Positions 43,451 to 56,700 of a stretch of DNA of 64,000 nucleotides are shown piece after piece. Source of the stretch: Entomortierella parvispora E1425. Its lineage: Eukaryota; Fungi; Mortierellomycota. The stretch covers positions 434,001-498,000 of the forward strand of contig BQFW01000004.1 in the NCBI GenBank assembly GCA_020891255.1, written 5' to 3'. The notes below the pieces were generated by a model. It saw only the letters and a list, made by a program, of their open reading frames with translations, was not told where the DNA came from and made no database searches. Numbering within the stretch: the stretch's first letter is position 1; the number at the start of each line of letters is the position of its first letter. Both the position numbers and the translations under genes were made by a program.

Positions 43451-46400
43451 TTATGGCTGGCCCTGTTCATCTTGCGATGAATGATGGTGAAGATGAGGAC
43501 GATTGTCCTTGATATGTTGCTTCGTCGCTCCATAGGCCGCCTTCCAAAGTCCAGCTGAAGCTGTTGACAAAGGTCTAGTCTCCCCTTCCTCCTCCAAGAC
43601 CCCCTGTTGAGGCACAAGGCTGGTTCTTTTCGCGTTGGCAGCCTTCTTTCGGCGAATCTGCTCAAAGAACGAAGACTGCAGCATGACCTGGTTCGTCGCG
43701 CCTTCCCATCTCATCTTGGCGGGGCTCACCAGGGGTCTTCTCTCCTCCGAGGTATGGGCAATGGCCACCGCCTCGGGCAGCAAGCTGGCGGGCAACAATC
43801 TCAAAACCAAGCCCACGGGCAACGAAAGCGAGCCGACCAAGATGGTCAACAGCCATTGGTCGCCAGTCAAGGACACGGTCTTGAAAGCCTGCCCACCAAA
43901 CTCGACAATCAGGAACTGGCCTCCGACAACAAAGACTTGGACGATAAGGAAGATCTTGTTGTTGAGCAAATTCTTGAAAATGTTAATTGAATCGTCAATG
44001 CGACGGCAATTGAGTTCGTTAAAGACCTGGAGGAACACAAAGATGTTGAACATCATGGTTCTAAAGATCAAGTTGTTTTCGGGCGTGATGGATCCATCCT
44101 TGGACTGGAGGTGGAAAAGTTCGGCTCCCCAATGAAGCAAGGCCAGGTTCAGGACAATCTGGAAGAGTGCCTGTCCGAGAATCATCTTCCACATGTTGAA
44201 GTTGATCAGGGGTGCAGTTTTGGCAGTAGGCATGCGCTTGAGGACTTCATGACTTGGGGGCTCTGTGGCCAGGGCAAGGGCAGCAAGGGTGTCCATGATC
44301 AAGTTGACCCAGAGCAATTGAACGGCAGAGAGGATCGACTGGTTGTCATCCGACGCGATGGCGGATATAAACGAGAGGACAACGGCAGTGATGTTGACGG
44401 TCAATTGGAACTGGAGGAACTTGCGGACAGAGTCGTTGACAGCGCGTCCCCACATCAAGGACTTGAGGATGCTGCTAAAGTTGTCGTCCATCAAAACAAT
44501 GGCTGAGGCCTCCTTGGCGACCTCGGTGCCCGTAATACCCATCGAGAAACCAACATCGGCCATCTTCAAGGCGGGACCATCGTTGGTACCGTCACCGGTC
44601 ACAGCAACAACCTCACCCAACTCCTGGAGACGACGAACCACGATGGTCTTATCAGTGGGGGAACTACGAGCCAAAACCTGGAGACGTTTAACAGTCTCGG
44701 TCTGCTGCTCCTTGGACAAGGCACGGAATTCAGGACCAGTCATGGCAACACCTCCCCTGAGAAGGATGCCAGCGTTCTTGGCAATGGCGCGGGCAGTCTG
44801 AAGGTTATCGCCGGTGATCATACGAACAGTGACTCCAGCCTTGGCAAAGTCACGGACACTCTCAATGACTCCAGGACGGAGAGGATCTTGGATACCAACT
44901 ATACCGAGGCAGACCAACTTGGAGTTGGGGGCTTCCTCATCCGTAAACTTGTTAAACTCTGAAGCGGGGACATCACGGTAACTGAGAGCAATGGTACGGA
45001 GGGCCTTGTCGGCATACTGGCTGATAATCTGATTGAACTTTGCACGAGCAACATCATCCAAGACCTTGGTGCGTCCCTCAGAGTCGACATAGTGGGTACA
45101 GGAGCCGAGAACAATCTCAGAGGCACCCTTGACATAGAGACGGTAAGGCTCTTTGCCATTGGGAGTCTCTGCGACACAGGACATGGTCTTCTTCATGGAG
45201 CTGAAAGGGTACACCTTTGCCAAATTGGTCTCAGCACGAATGATACTGTAGGATGCACCAAGACTCTTGATGAAACCCAGGAGAGCCGACTCGGTCTTGG
45301 ATCCAATGAAAGCCATGTTGCCCTTTTCGTCTCTATCCTCGAAAGCAGACGAGTTCAAAGCAATTCCATCGATGATAGTTTGGGCAACCTCGGCGTTAAC
45401 CTCAGACTTCCATTTCTTAGACTGATCAGGACCGACAAAGGTATGAAGAGAGAGTGTACCCTCGACAACGGTCATCTTGTTTTGGGTCAAAGTTCCGGTC
45501 TTATCAGAGCAAACGGTGGTGGCGTTACCCATGGTCTCGCAGGCAGAGAGGACACGGACCAAGTTGTTATCCTTCAACATCTGAGTGGTGGCGTAGGCCA
45601 AGGCCAAGGTGACAGCCATGGGCAGACCCTCAGGGACGGCGACAACAACAATGGTAATGGCCTGAATAACAATCTTCACCATATCTGAGAAAATGATATC
45701 GCCGGGAGGGAAGGGCTCGTCGGACAACGAGGCCTGGACAAAGTACTTGACGATCAAGGTCACCAACATGGCAACAGCAGCAGCCATGCCGAGCTTGGCA
45801 ATCGATTCCGCGAGATGATCCAACTTGATCTGAAGAGGAGTCTCCTCGGGGGCAGCCTCGCGCATCGCCATCATGGTCTTTCCAAAGAACGAGTTGGGTC
45901 CCACGGCTGTGACAAGCATCTGACCGGAGCCATCCAAGACCTTGGATCCCGAGATGACATAGCATTTTTCCTCTGGATTTTTTTTCATCGCATCCGATTC
46001 ACCAGTGGCAGAGCTCTCATCGCAGGTAATGTTGTGGCTCTTGAGGATAATACCATCGACCGCCAAGAGATCGCCGGGCTCCATCAGCATGACATCTCCA
46101 ACCTGGACCTCCTTGACATTGACCTCCTGCTCGTGACCATCGCGCAACAACTTGACGTTGCGATCGTCCTTCTTGGCATTCAACTTGCGGAACTGGCGTT
46201 CCTTTTGGTAATCGTTAATAGCGTTCGTAAACACGACGGCAGCCACGGCGGCCAAAATCGCAGCTCCCTCAACCCAGCCAACTCGAGGTTCGTCCTGGGG
46301 GTGATGAGGGCCATAATCCTCATAGACACTGACTGCTAAAGACACGGCCGCGGCGATGCTAAGTAAGACTATTAATAATAACAAACGCAGATCGGATCGG

Positions 46401-47163
46401 ATAGTTAAAACATATTCTGGCCCCGGCTCAGTTCAGATGGGATGACTTCAAGACATTTTCTTGGCTCAAAATAAATCACTTACTCAGAGTACGGTCATCA
46501 TAGGCAGAAAGGACCAGAGAGAAGAAGGAGGCGCTCTCGACCGTTGGGAGAACCTAAAGACCAAAAAAAAAAACAAAAAAAGAAAAAGGCAAAGTAAGTG
46601 GATTGAGAATCTACAGGCTGCTTTGCCATGGATGCACAGTTTGAGTCTGCCACCCATAGCCACAGTCGAACTAGACCCCTTTTGTAATAGGGGAAGGTGG
46701 ATGATCAGTTAAGCAGCCGACTGAGGGACTGAGGGACGGAGTGACCTCAGCTATACTCAGATGCGCTTGCCTGAACTCTATCTGTCGGAAGTGGTGGAAA
46801 TGGGGAAATGGGGGACCGGGAAAACTCGAAAAAATAGGGAAGGGTACTTACGTTTCGACCAAATTGCAATGACCGGTCGGCAAATTTGGTTTCGTGTGAG
46901 TGGCCGAGAGAGTGCTCGCTTGCTTCATCCGAGTGCAAGCCAACTTTGGGATCGACCTTGAGACCCTCGCAGATCTCAGCAATGCCACCCATCTGACTAG
47001 GCAAAGTTGGGTTCGTTGGGTCAGTCAGCGGCCCAAGCTGGTCGACCGTGTACTTGAACCCGTGGTTAGGAGAATGACCCTGGGCAGTGGCAGAATAAGA
47101 CCCACGAGGGATGTTACTCTGCTGCTCAAGGAGTGGCTCCCTGGAAGTAGAATCGCGTGCCAT
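43451..47163 (-). CDS. PMC1: Calcium-transporting P-type ATPase, type IIB (PMCA/vacuolar Pmc1); exons 47163-46852, 46553-46484, 46368-43451 (1099 aa)
   Basis: CDESSATGES, VVAVPEGLPMAVT, CSDKTGTLT (phospho-Asp), MITGDN, VTGDGTNDGPALK, LLWVNLIMDTLAALALATE. Both GTAAGT introns keep the frame. Confidence 0.95.
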
Positions 47164-48201
47164 TGAGCGAAGTCTTGTTCAATGGTTGCAAGGGGGTTGG
47201 GTGAAGCGTAAAAGTAAAAGAGGCAGGAAGGGATCGTAAAGGAATATCGTAACAAAGTGCAAGGGTCCCGGGGTCTACGTGGAACGGGAGAGTGCGTAGG
47301 CGTGAAAAAAAACGTTGCTTTGCCAAAATAGAACAGTCTTGCTCCTTGTCTTCAAAAACAAAAGACGGCGAAGAAAGTCGACGAAGCTGGTCGTGAGATG
47401 AAAAGAGAGGTGGGGGTTTGGTTTTTTTTAAAAAAAAAAAAAAAAAAAAAATGGAAAAAAAGAAGAAAGGAATGGCAAAGTCAGGAATGAGCAAGTTTCC
47501 TGGCAAACTGGCAGAATTGACCGAGGAGGGGGTGGGACGGCGGTTGTCCGCAAAAGTGAACTCATCTCACCCAAACGAACACAGCCCGTCTGTTTTGGCT
47601 GGTCTGAACACGCTCACTCTTCCAGACCTTCTCAATTGCACAATCAAAACAGCCAAAAGGGGAAAATGGCCTAACACAAGGAGGGAGTGTGGACACCCCT
47701 GGGCTCACTGGATGAACCTCAAGGTTTCCACAGAATTCCACCTTCGACATCTCGCCTCATTTTAATCACGAACTAAAATGAATCGAATGGAAAAGATACC
47801 TCACTGACAACTTGCTCAATGAGTGGAGGGTGAATGATGGCTTAGGGACAGGTTCGTATCAGAGCACCGTCAGCATTTGCTCATGAGGCTCCCAACCTGC
47901 CGGCCCGCTGAGACTCATCCTGCCAATCGGCGGTGACACAAGCAGGAGAACAAAAAATAACAAAATGGATTTTTGGAATTTCTGAAGAGAAGGCAGTGGC
48001 GGAGCGCCTGTTCGTGCATGAAGGAAGAAAGGAAAGGAGAAGGCTGAAAAAGACAGCCGAGACAGTCTGGGCCTGCCCCTTTCTTCCGGTCTGAGCATCC
48101 GAAAGGACGATGCGGCGCTACTCTTTGACAGCCATTTTATCCAACTACATAGATGATCTCTCCTCTTGAGGGCTGGCGCCTCGGACCGTGACGATTAAGG
48201 G

Positions 48202-48235
48202 TATATATTTAAGGGTCTGATGTATCTTCACGTGA
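48202..48235. promoter_or_regulatory. TATA-like element (TATATATTTA, 48202-48211) and palindromic E-box TCACGTGA (48228-48235) in the divergent PMC1/NSP1 intergenic region
   Basis: Motifs read directly. A regulatory role is inferred from position only. Confidence 0.3.
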
Positions 48236-48407
48236 CTGATGTTTGGTTGCCAACGCTGCATCAAATAATGCGCTGCTTCGTCCATGCATCGTCCTTCATC
48301 CACATTCGACGCCCTTCTCAACGGATCAACCTCTATCTTTCGCCTCAATTCCACTCGACTCATATCCACGGCGAATAGACATTTATACAACACATCCATA
48401 GTACATA

Positions 48408-50595
48408 ATGGGTACGGAATCAGTTGGCTGAGCGCGTTGCTCTGCGTCTTTTCGATTCTCTTTGGCCAATGGTGGCGTCGCGATGCAGCGCGTCAGCGTT
48501 GGCTGTTTTTATTCGAGTACTAACCCCAGACGCTTTCCCCTTCGTAACTTGCATTATGATCTGACAATATAGCGAACAACACTGGATTTAGCTGTAGGTT
48601 GGACTTGAAATCTCAAGAGTTACCGTTGAGACATCCAGGGTGGCGAAGCATGAATATCGATATTAACAATATATGTTTTTTTTCCTACCAAATGAATAGT
48701 CGGTGGTAGTGGCGGTTCAACATTCGGTGGCGGATCCGCGGGAGGATTCGGAGGAGCAGGAGCACCAGGAGGCAACATTTTCGGCGCCAAACCTGCCGCT
48801 GGCGCGCCAGTGGGAGGATTTGGAGGCTTTGGATCGACCCCTGCAGCGTCGACAGCTGGCGCACCAGCTGGAGGATTTGGCTTTGGATCGACCCCAGCAA
48901 CTTCGGCCGCTGCACCAGCCTTTGGAGGAGGATCGACGTTTGGAGGAGGATCGGCACCTGCCACCTCATTTGGAGCTGCACCCACGACGAGCGCTCCTTC
49001 GGGCTTGTTTGGAGGAGCTGCTCCTGCGGCATCCAGCAGTCCTTTCGGTGGATTTGGATCCACTCCAGCCACGACAACCTCTGCCCCTGCAGCTAGCCCC
49101 TTTGGCGCACCCACAACCTCTGCACCCTCATTTGGATTTGGTGGCTCAACAACGACCTCAGCAGCTCCCGCCCTTTCTTTTGGAGCCACTCCAGCATCGA
49201 CAGCAGCTCCTCTCTTTGGCGGTGCCAAGCCTGCGGCCCCATCTACTGGACTGTTTGGAGGAGCACCCACCACATCTGCGCCAGCTTCAACTGCATCTCC
49301 ATTCTCTCTTAGTGTGAGCACGCCAGCATCATCAGGAGCCTCTCCATTCGGTGCCAAACCACCTGCCGCCAGCGCTGCGCCTTCGTTCTTTGGAGGAAGC
49401 TCTGCCCCCGCCCCAGCTTCTGCTCCTTCCACTGCTGCTCCTCTGTTTGGGGGCGCTAAACCAGCGACTCCCTCGCCACTTTCATTCGGAGGCGCTGCGA
49501 CCACTGCTGCTGCAACAACTGCTGCTGCACCTGCTTTCAGTTTGACGCCAGCATCTTCTGCCGCCACATCAGCAGCAGCAGCATCCTCCGCCGCCGCCAC
49601 ATCAGCCCCAGCCTTTACACTCAATACTGCCCCCGCTGGATCCACCCCTGCTACCCCAGCCATTGGGTTGACCACAAAGCCACAGGATGACGCTACAAAG
49701 GCTGTGGTTCCCCCCACACCTTCGGCTCTTCGAAACAAGAGCATGGACGAGATTCTGCACCAGTGGTCAAAACAGCTGGATGAACATACCAAGGCTTTCC
49801 GTGAGCAAGCCAAGAAGGTGTCTGATTGGGACAGAAAGCTCTTTGCAAATGGTCATCAGGTATGCGAAATAGGAAATATCCAGAGAAATGAACGTCTGTG
49901 CTGTACAACACCCATTGATGCTTACACTTTCCTTTTGAAATTATAGATTAGCCAGTTGTACCAGATGACAGTGGAGACGGAGCAGACGCAAAAGACGATT
50001 GATCAGAACTTGGACTATATTGATTCACAGCAGCAAGAGCTCAGCGGAATCTTGGACCTGTACGAGGAGCAGGTGCAAAAGATGTTTGAAAAAGATGCTG
50101 CGACTGCAGGTGTCAATGCCAACGGCCTTCGACCCGTCGATGAACAACGGGAGCAGACTTATAGCCTTGCCGAGAATTTGAACAAGCAGCTGGATGACAT
50201 GTCGCTCAACCTCACGAGCATGATTGACGAGATTAACCAGACCTCTCCCAAAGCTGATGGTGGGGATAGTGATCCTGTAAGTTTTCCCGCCTCCCTATCA
50301 TTTTTTTTTTTTTGAGTGTTTGTTTCCGCGTTTTCCCTTTGTGCCAAAAAGTTGAAACCAGTGGAGTCTTTGTCCAATGAAACTAATATGAATATGTCAT
50401 TTTTTGTGCTCAAACATCGAATAGGTTTCTCAAATTGTTCAAATCTTGAACGCGCACTTGACGAGTTTGCAATGGATCGACGATTCGACGACCACGCTAC
50501 AGGCCAAGGTCCAGGATGTGGGCAGGTTGCAGAACCAGATTGTCAAGGAGCACGAGAGCTATCGCAGCCGCGGTGTTTACACTGGTCGATCTTAG
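48408..50595 (+). CDS. NSP1: FG-repeat nucleoporin Nsp1/Nup62; exons 48408-48411, 48700-49859, 49947-50276, 50425-50595
   Basis: FG-rich N-terminus (GGFG, SFG, LFGG) followed by the Nsp1_C coiled coil LRNKSMDEILHQWSKQLDEH...VSDWDRKL...QTQKTIDQNLDYI...IVQILNAHLTSLQWID. Canonical introns keep the frame. The 4-nt first exon is the least certain part. Confidence 0.93.
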
Positions 50596-50915
50596 AAGCA
50601 CCAAGTCGAGCGCTGACATTGCAATTACTTGTTGACCTTCACATTTTTCTTTCCGATGGATTCACCCAAACACGTACAATAAAGACCAACATTCGAATGT
50701 ACGCTTTGGTGATTCTTCATGTGGATATTGGCTGCAAGGACATGAATTCGGGTATTCACCGCAAGGACAAGGACATGAACCCAAGATTTTTTTTAACAAA
50801 AAAAGAGAAGCGAAATTTTATTTGAGCACTCTTTGAAGAGAGGGGGGTTGTTTGAAGAATATATACAGAGCGAAAGAAGGGAGAGAAGCGTTCACCACCA
50901 AGAGTTTTTGTTTTT

Positions 50916-51215
50916 CTAAGCCTTGAGGTACTGCTTGGCAAAGATCTGACCAGCAGATTCAGGGACGGAAGTGACGGAGCTTGAAGAGTAAGCGTGGTTT
51001 CCGGAAGACATGGCGGTTTTTGAGGCCGAGGCGACGGAGGAGGTAGCGGCGGGCTTGTTGGCGAGGGACTGGACCAACTGCTGGAGCATGATGGGATGGT
51101 GCTCGGGGTGGAAGGCGCTCTTGGGGGCGACGGTGGCCGAGGCAATGTTCAACGAGGTGAATCCGCGGGTGGTGGAGGTAGGGGCGGAGCGGATGGCGTT
51201 CAAGATGGAAGACAT
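50916..51215 (-). CDS. Small (99 aa) Ser/Thr/Ala-rich orphan protein with presequence-like N-terminus
   Basis: ATG follows a C/A-rich leader, with TATAAAA ~160 nt upstream (51379-51373). The N-terminus MSSILNAIRSAPTSTTRGF lacks acidic residues. Confidence 0.55.
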   Translation of the reverse strand: MSSILNAIRSAPTSTTRGFTSLNIASATVAPKSAFHPEHHPIMLQQLVQSLANKPAATSSVASASKTAMSSGNHAYSSSSVTSVPESAGQIFAKQYLKA

Positions 51216-51372
51216 GATGGGTTTGGTGGTTTGTGTTTGGAGGGGTTCTTGAAAGAAGTTGGGAGAGAAGAGAGGAGTTGGTTAGGCTGAATGTAGGAAG
51301 GTGGGTATCTTTGAGATCTGCTGAATATGAAGAAGAAAAAAAAAAAAAAAAAAAAAGGAAAAAGAGGCCAGC

Positions 51373-51379
51373 TTTTATA
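51373..51379 (-). promoter_or_regulatory. Consensus TATA box (TATAAAA) upstream of the 99-aa ORF
   Basis: Plus strand cttttatag equals minus strand CTATAAAAG. Confidence 0.5.
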
Positions 51380-51949
51380 GACAGGTGGACTCGGCGCTAG
51401 CGCTGATAAGGAGACAGACCAGCGTGACCATGGGCCATGAAACCATGAAATTGAAATATCAAAAAGAGACAGGCTCCATGTGGCCCTCGGTGCAGCTCTG
51501 TGCAATCAGAGGGAGGAGTGATAAGGGAAAAGAGACGAGAAGGGGAAGGAGTGGAAAAGCATTCTAACTCAAATGGGCCGTGTGACAGGGCGCCCGAGGT
51601 CACGGTGTCACTTGCAGCAGCCCTGGCCAATCACACGCGAGCTTGCATATGAAAGGGGCAGGGGCCGAGATAACGGAGGATCGGGATCAGTTATTATTGT
51701 GTGGAGCTTGGTCTCTCGGACAAGTGCGGACGGGGAGCTCTTCCCTTTTATCTGTTTTGTCTCTTTGTCTGTTGCAACCAACTGTTGTGGAGAGAAGACA
51801 ATTGCTGTGGCACTCTGCTGTGCGTGTGTTTGTGGTTGTTGGGAGAGAGAGAGGAGGGGAACGGCGACGCTTACCTGACTGGTCTGCTTATTTTTTTGTG
51901 AATGCTTACTCGCCTTTATATTCGACTGGGCCATACCCAAGACGGATAT

Positions 51950-51951
<2 letters not shown>

Positions 51952-51987
<36 letters not shown>
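51952..51987 (+). repeat. (CT)n microsatellite, one of many AG/CT, AAGG and homopolymer tracts in intergenic DNA
   Basis: Read directly. Similar tracts occur at ~15230-15250, ~27910-27935, ~61300-61330 and ~63530-63552. Confidence 0.9.
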
Positions 51988-51990
<3 letters not shown>

Positions 51991-53220
51991 AGGGCAAGAC
52001 AGCAGCAGTAGTCCAAGTGCGTGCAAAACATTTTTAGTCTGGTTCAACCGTCACCACACTGTTCTGAACGAGCGAGCTAACGAGCGACATCGTTAGTCCT
52101 AGACGGAAGAAGGTCGGCTAAGCGACCATGGTCAGGGTGGAAGAGGCTTGCTTTAGCAAGTGCAGCATGAGAGAATAAAAAAAAAAGGACAAGCTAGCCC
52201 CAAGATGAATCCAGACTAGGGATCCGCATCCGTCCCTGGAGAGGAAAAATTCGCTCATGACGTCGATTGTGAGACTCAAGAGTGTCGGAGCAGAGCCCAC
52301 GCTGTCCAAGATCTTATCTCGACCTGTCCTGGCTTCAGCAGCTTCTTTTTTTCCCCTTGTTCTCATGAGACTGACACCTCTTTTGGCTGTAATCACCTCA
52401 ATAGAAGGAACAGAGCCAAGAAAAAAAAGAAATCGAAGAAGATAAACAAGTCCACCTTGTCAAACACCACAATATCGTCATCAAACCACTGAGATCTTTC
52501 TGCACGGCCCCCATGGTCTCCTCACTTTGCTACCAAACAACGCAGGTGAAAGATAACAGTCACTGTAGCCAAGCAAGAAGTGAAGAGAAGCACACCCTTG
52601 TCTTGGCCCATGTCTCGTCTGCATGGACTATATGAAGGTAACAGGGTCTTTTAAATCTCGTTTGTTGCGTTGTTATTAGTTTCCGTGGATTGGTGTTGAG
52701 AGGAAGGGGGTTTATGACGAGAGATGACGACGAGAAGAAAGCTGTGGAAGTTCACATATGATGTAAGCCATGCAGGGGAGGCGAAACAGGCCGCTAACGC
52801 GTGTGCGTGGCTGAAGATGAAAAGCAACCACCTTGTGGCGATGCCTCTTCCTCCGTTGAAGAAAAAAAGGGTATAGACAACAGAGTTGAACACTTGAACA
52901 AGCCATCACATTCGACGAACTAGCAGATGTCGAAGTGAATCGAACAACAACGTCCTGTGAATGCCACACATCAACTCTCTACCTGTTCAGCAGCCTGATC
53001 TCTTTGATACCCCGTCCTCCGCCCCCTTCCTCAATGACACTGGTGTCCTCCTTTGTTGCCTCCAATCTTTGCTGGCATCCTCATTTCTTCTTTTCCCCTG
53101 TAACCCCGTTCCTTGCTGCCCTTCATGCTTCAACTGATGTTATCCTCGAGTAATTTTCTTTTTCTACTGTTGCTTCCACTTTCCCCCCAACCCCAAATAC
53201 AATAACACTTCTATCCAACC

Positions 53221-53775
53221 ATGTTCGTCCAAGGTGCTTTGATCGCTTCTGCCATTGTTGCAACCACTGTCCCGTTTGCCATCGCCGTGAATGGCCCAAT
53301 CGACGTTGATATCAGCCCATCCGCTGTCCGTCCGGGTGCCCCTTTGAGCATCACTGCTCGGGGTTGTGATGAAGGTGGAGTAGAGGCTCCTCTACTGTTC
53401 CAGTAGATGGAGTGAAATGCTTATACGTGATGGGATAAACGAGGACCATCTTGGAACAAGCGAAACCTTTGTGGGAAATTTTCTATGCCTGGATACCTAG
53501 AGAACCCTCTCTTCCCCTTCCATGATCACGTTCGGATCTAGGTGCTTCAAGCACTCTGCATGAAAAAGATCCTGAACCCATGTCCGGGAAGCAATCGATA
53601 TCTTTTGCCCTACAAAAAGAGTTTTATCTATCTTTCCTGGAAGAAGATTATCCCTGCTCGTATCTCTGGAACAAGAAGGACAGGTGTTCGTAACATGCTC
53701 AAACGCAAGAGTCTTGCCCCAATGCTGCATTTTTTTTTGGACGTGAATCCTGCAAACTCATTATTAGATGAGTGA
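53221..53775 (+). pseudogene. Probable pseudogene of a secreted ML-domain (NPC2/PG-PI transfer protein-like) gene
   Basis: Signal-peptide-like MFVQGALIASAIVATTVPFAIA is followed by VDISPSAVRPGAPLSITARG, which resembles the fungal ML-domain motif. The same frame continues through stops at 53404, 53413, 53428 and 53539, with RNLCGK and NPCPG at the spacing expected for the conserved Cys. Confidence 0.4.
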
Positions 53776-56700
53776 GGAAAGAAAAAGAGAAACAGAGTAG
53801 GAAAGAAAGGAAAAAAAGAACAAGAGCAAAAAAAAAAAAAAAAAAAAAAAGACTCGCGCAGCGCGTTCTTAGGCCCGTGATGTTTTTTTTATTATCTCAT
53901 GCAAGTCTCCCCTTTCATATGTAATCAACGTCAACGTTCAATCGGAAGGGGCACTGACTTTTTGAAAGTGGGGTCAGCTCACACCTCAGGAGGTAGTCTA
54001 CTGGATGACAGAAGAAGGAGGGGGGGGGGAAAGGAGGACATTGAAGAAGGAAGAGAAAGACAGGAGAAATGATGACCCCAAATTCAAACGAACGACTCAA
54101 GGTTTGTGCCTGCACTGTAGCAGGCCGGCAGTAGCTCCTCCACTCCATGAAAAAGAAAAGAAGAAACAGAGCCTGTTAAGGAGAGAGAAGGAAGCGGGTG
54201 CAAGAGGTGAGATTGAGCGGATGTGCGAAACAGAATGGTACTTTGAAGATCGGCAAAGTGAACACAACAGACCAAGCAGACAACAAAAAGAGTCGCCCGT
54301 GTCTCATCTTTTTCTTGCCCAATTCCCAATTTTTCATTCTCCCTGTTGTTCATGTAGCACGGAGGCACAGACAGCAGGGGCAAGGAGGATTGAGGAGAAG
54401 GGAAGGACAAAGGGAGTAAAACGTGAGCAACCAAGAAGAGGGCCGAGCAGGTCCATGGAACTCAATGGGTCATGGATATTTGTTTGTTTGAAGAAGTAGT
54501 GAGCAACGACCAATCAAAGGTGCTTGGAGCGGGGAGAAACAGCGAAGAAGGACGAGAACAAGGAAAAAAAAAGGGGGAAGAGGAGGACAAACGTCGTTGG
54601 GACCTTGATGACGACCAAGAGAGTACAGTACGGTGCGGTGCGGTGGATGACGACAAAGGAGAACGGACTGATTCACCACCAGTGAGTTTTTTCGCAGAGT
54701 TTAGTTCTCTAGGCTAGGAGCAGGCAAGATAGGGCCAACCCTGGGACATCGGGAGTGGTGGCGACCAATAGGAGTGGCCAGGGGCTGGTCGGGTGCCTCG
54801 GTGGCTGTGATTGGTCTGCCTTGGTTGCAGCGAGGTACAACGTTGCACGGGTGACCACGGAGAATATGTCTCGGTCTCAGAGATCGACAAACTTTTGCGA
54901 GATGCTGTGCCTGGCCTTTCGGTTGACCTTGGATCAGGCCTAGCCAGAGGTGCAGCTGACATGCTCGTGCTGACCACTGCAGGATTGGGATTGGGATCGC
55001 TTTGCTAGAGACAACATGCTTTGGCGCTCCAGCTTTCTTTCTTTCTTCCCACTCTTGGCAAGAAAGGAATAAAGGGCAATCACCTGCGCCTTCTGCATAC
55101 CGCTTTGTTTGCTGGGACAAAAGTCGAACGCGCCTCCTTCCTGCGCCCTCATGATCTGCCTTTTTGCTATGTGTTGCGCTGCGGCATCGATCGCACAAGA
55201 ACAGCTTCACTGACCCCACCCCCTCCTCCACGCGATGCAGGAGGGAGTATCATCCCGGTGTTGTACCTTACTGAATTGCAATGTACTCGGTGTTGCTTGA
55301 AATAAAATGCCCTAAAACAAGCAACAAAAATTTATTCACCCACATGATGGGATGACCACAGAGAGAGGATGTTGTATTCCGTTCCTGTGTGATGGTGGAT
55401 GGATGATGCCACCAGATGTCACAAGAATTGTCAGCATGGACACAAAACGCGACATCTTTGTGGGAATAGGTGATCTATTTGTCGTCCTCGATGGGCAAGC
55501 CGAAGGCTGATGTGTTTGTGTCGTCCCTGATGGACGCTTCTTTTTTTATTTTTTATTTTACGTTCTTCCCTCGTCATTGTTACTTCTCTTTGATCCATCA
55601 TCAAAAATGAATTCGAAGAGAAAACGGTCAATGGGGGTAGTACAGTTCTTTCTCATTCCATCTCGATCAGAAAATATTTTTAACAAAATGAAGATGTGGT
55701 CAGTCTTTTGCATGCCTGTGAGCAATGGGTGGAGTGGTTCTGGGTTATCTAATACAAGTCATGTCGAGGTATGTCGTGTTGGGGGAGATCCACTTGAAAT
55801 GAACGGCAGGGTAGAGATGGGGTGGCAGTGACAGGGGATTAGAGGATTGTATTGGGGCTTGTGTACCACGTTGGGCATTGATGTTCATCACGATTGTCAT
55901 CCCGAATTCTTGTTGTTGTCACGCACGCGCCGAGATACGGAATGGGGAAGGGTCAGGCAGGCTATCAGGCTTTGCCCACCCGCTGCATCCCACTAGTCGT
56001 CCATCTCTTGGAGTTTGACCGACTGACTGATGGGCAGGTGGGGGTGGATCAGCACTGGTGAAGTTCAGTCAAGAGAACTCTCATGACGGTGGTCCTTCCC
56101 GTCACTCAGGCACATCCTTGCTCTCTACTCCTCCCGGATGATTGCTGACGGAAAAGCACCTGAAGAGAGTAAATAATAAATTAGACGGCTGCATGCTACG
56201 GCACGACACGGTACTGCATGCAGTCGGTCACCCACCCCTTTTCGCTCGACTCCATTTTTCATCCGTCCATCCCAATTACTGCTTTTTTTTTGTCTTGGCT
56301 TGACTCTTTTGGACCAAACAGACGAGAGCGCGAGGGCGAGAGAGAAGGAAAAAAAGAGAGACAGAGATAGAGAGAAAAAGAGAGAGGGCGAGAATCCTGC
56401 CCCTAGTCAAGACGGACAGACAGATAGACAGACTGGATCGCCTAGAGGACGAGGAGCAAGCGCAGAGAGCAGAGAGGGGGAAAAGACCCATCCCCAAACG
56501 AGACCAGGGCCTGGATCTGCCCCTCACGCCTATGGTCTCTGTTTCTCGCGCGTGTCTCTCCCTGAGCCAAAAGGGCCGCGAAGAGGTAGAGATAGAGAGA
56601 GAGAAAAAAAAAAAAAGATTTTCGTCCATTCAGTCGCGTCCGACTGAATGAATTGAGTTTGCCTGATCGGATTGCATCGACACAAAGCCTATTGTCCGAT

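Noticed and set aside
48620-49813. 397-aa minus-strand Ala/Gly/Pro ORF
   Set aside because: Antisense to the NSP1 FG repeats. The same applies to antisense ORFs over PMC1 (43607-46339), RRB1 (62028-63385) and ZF-3 (10561-11043).
54701-56160. Minus-strand ORF pieces with acceptor-like sites (~55008, ~56160)
   Set aside because: Could not be joined into a stop-free model; may be UTR or lncRNA, but unsupported.
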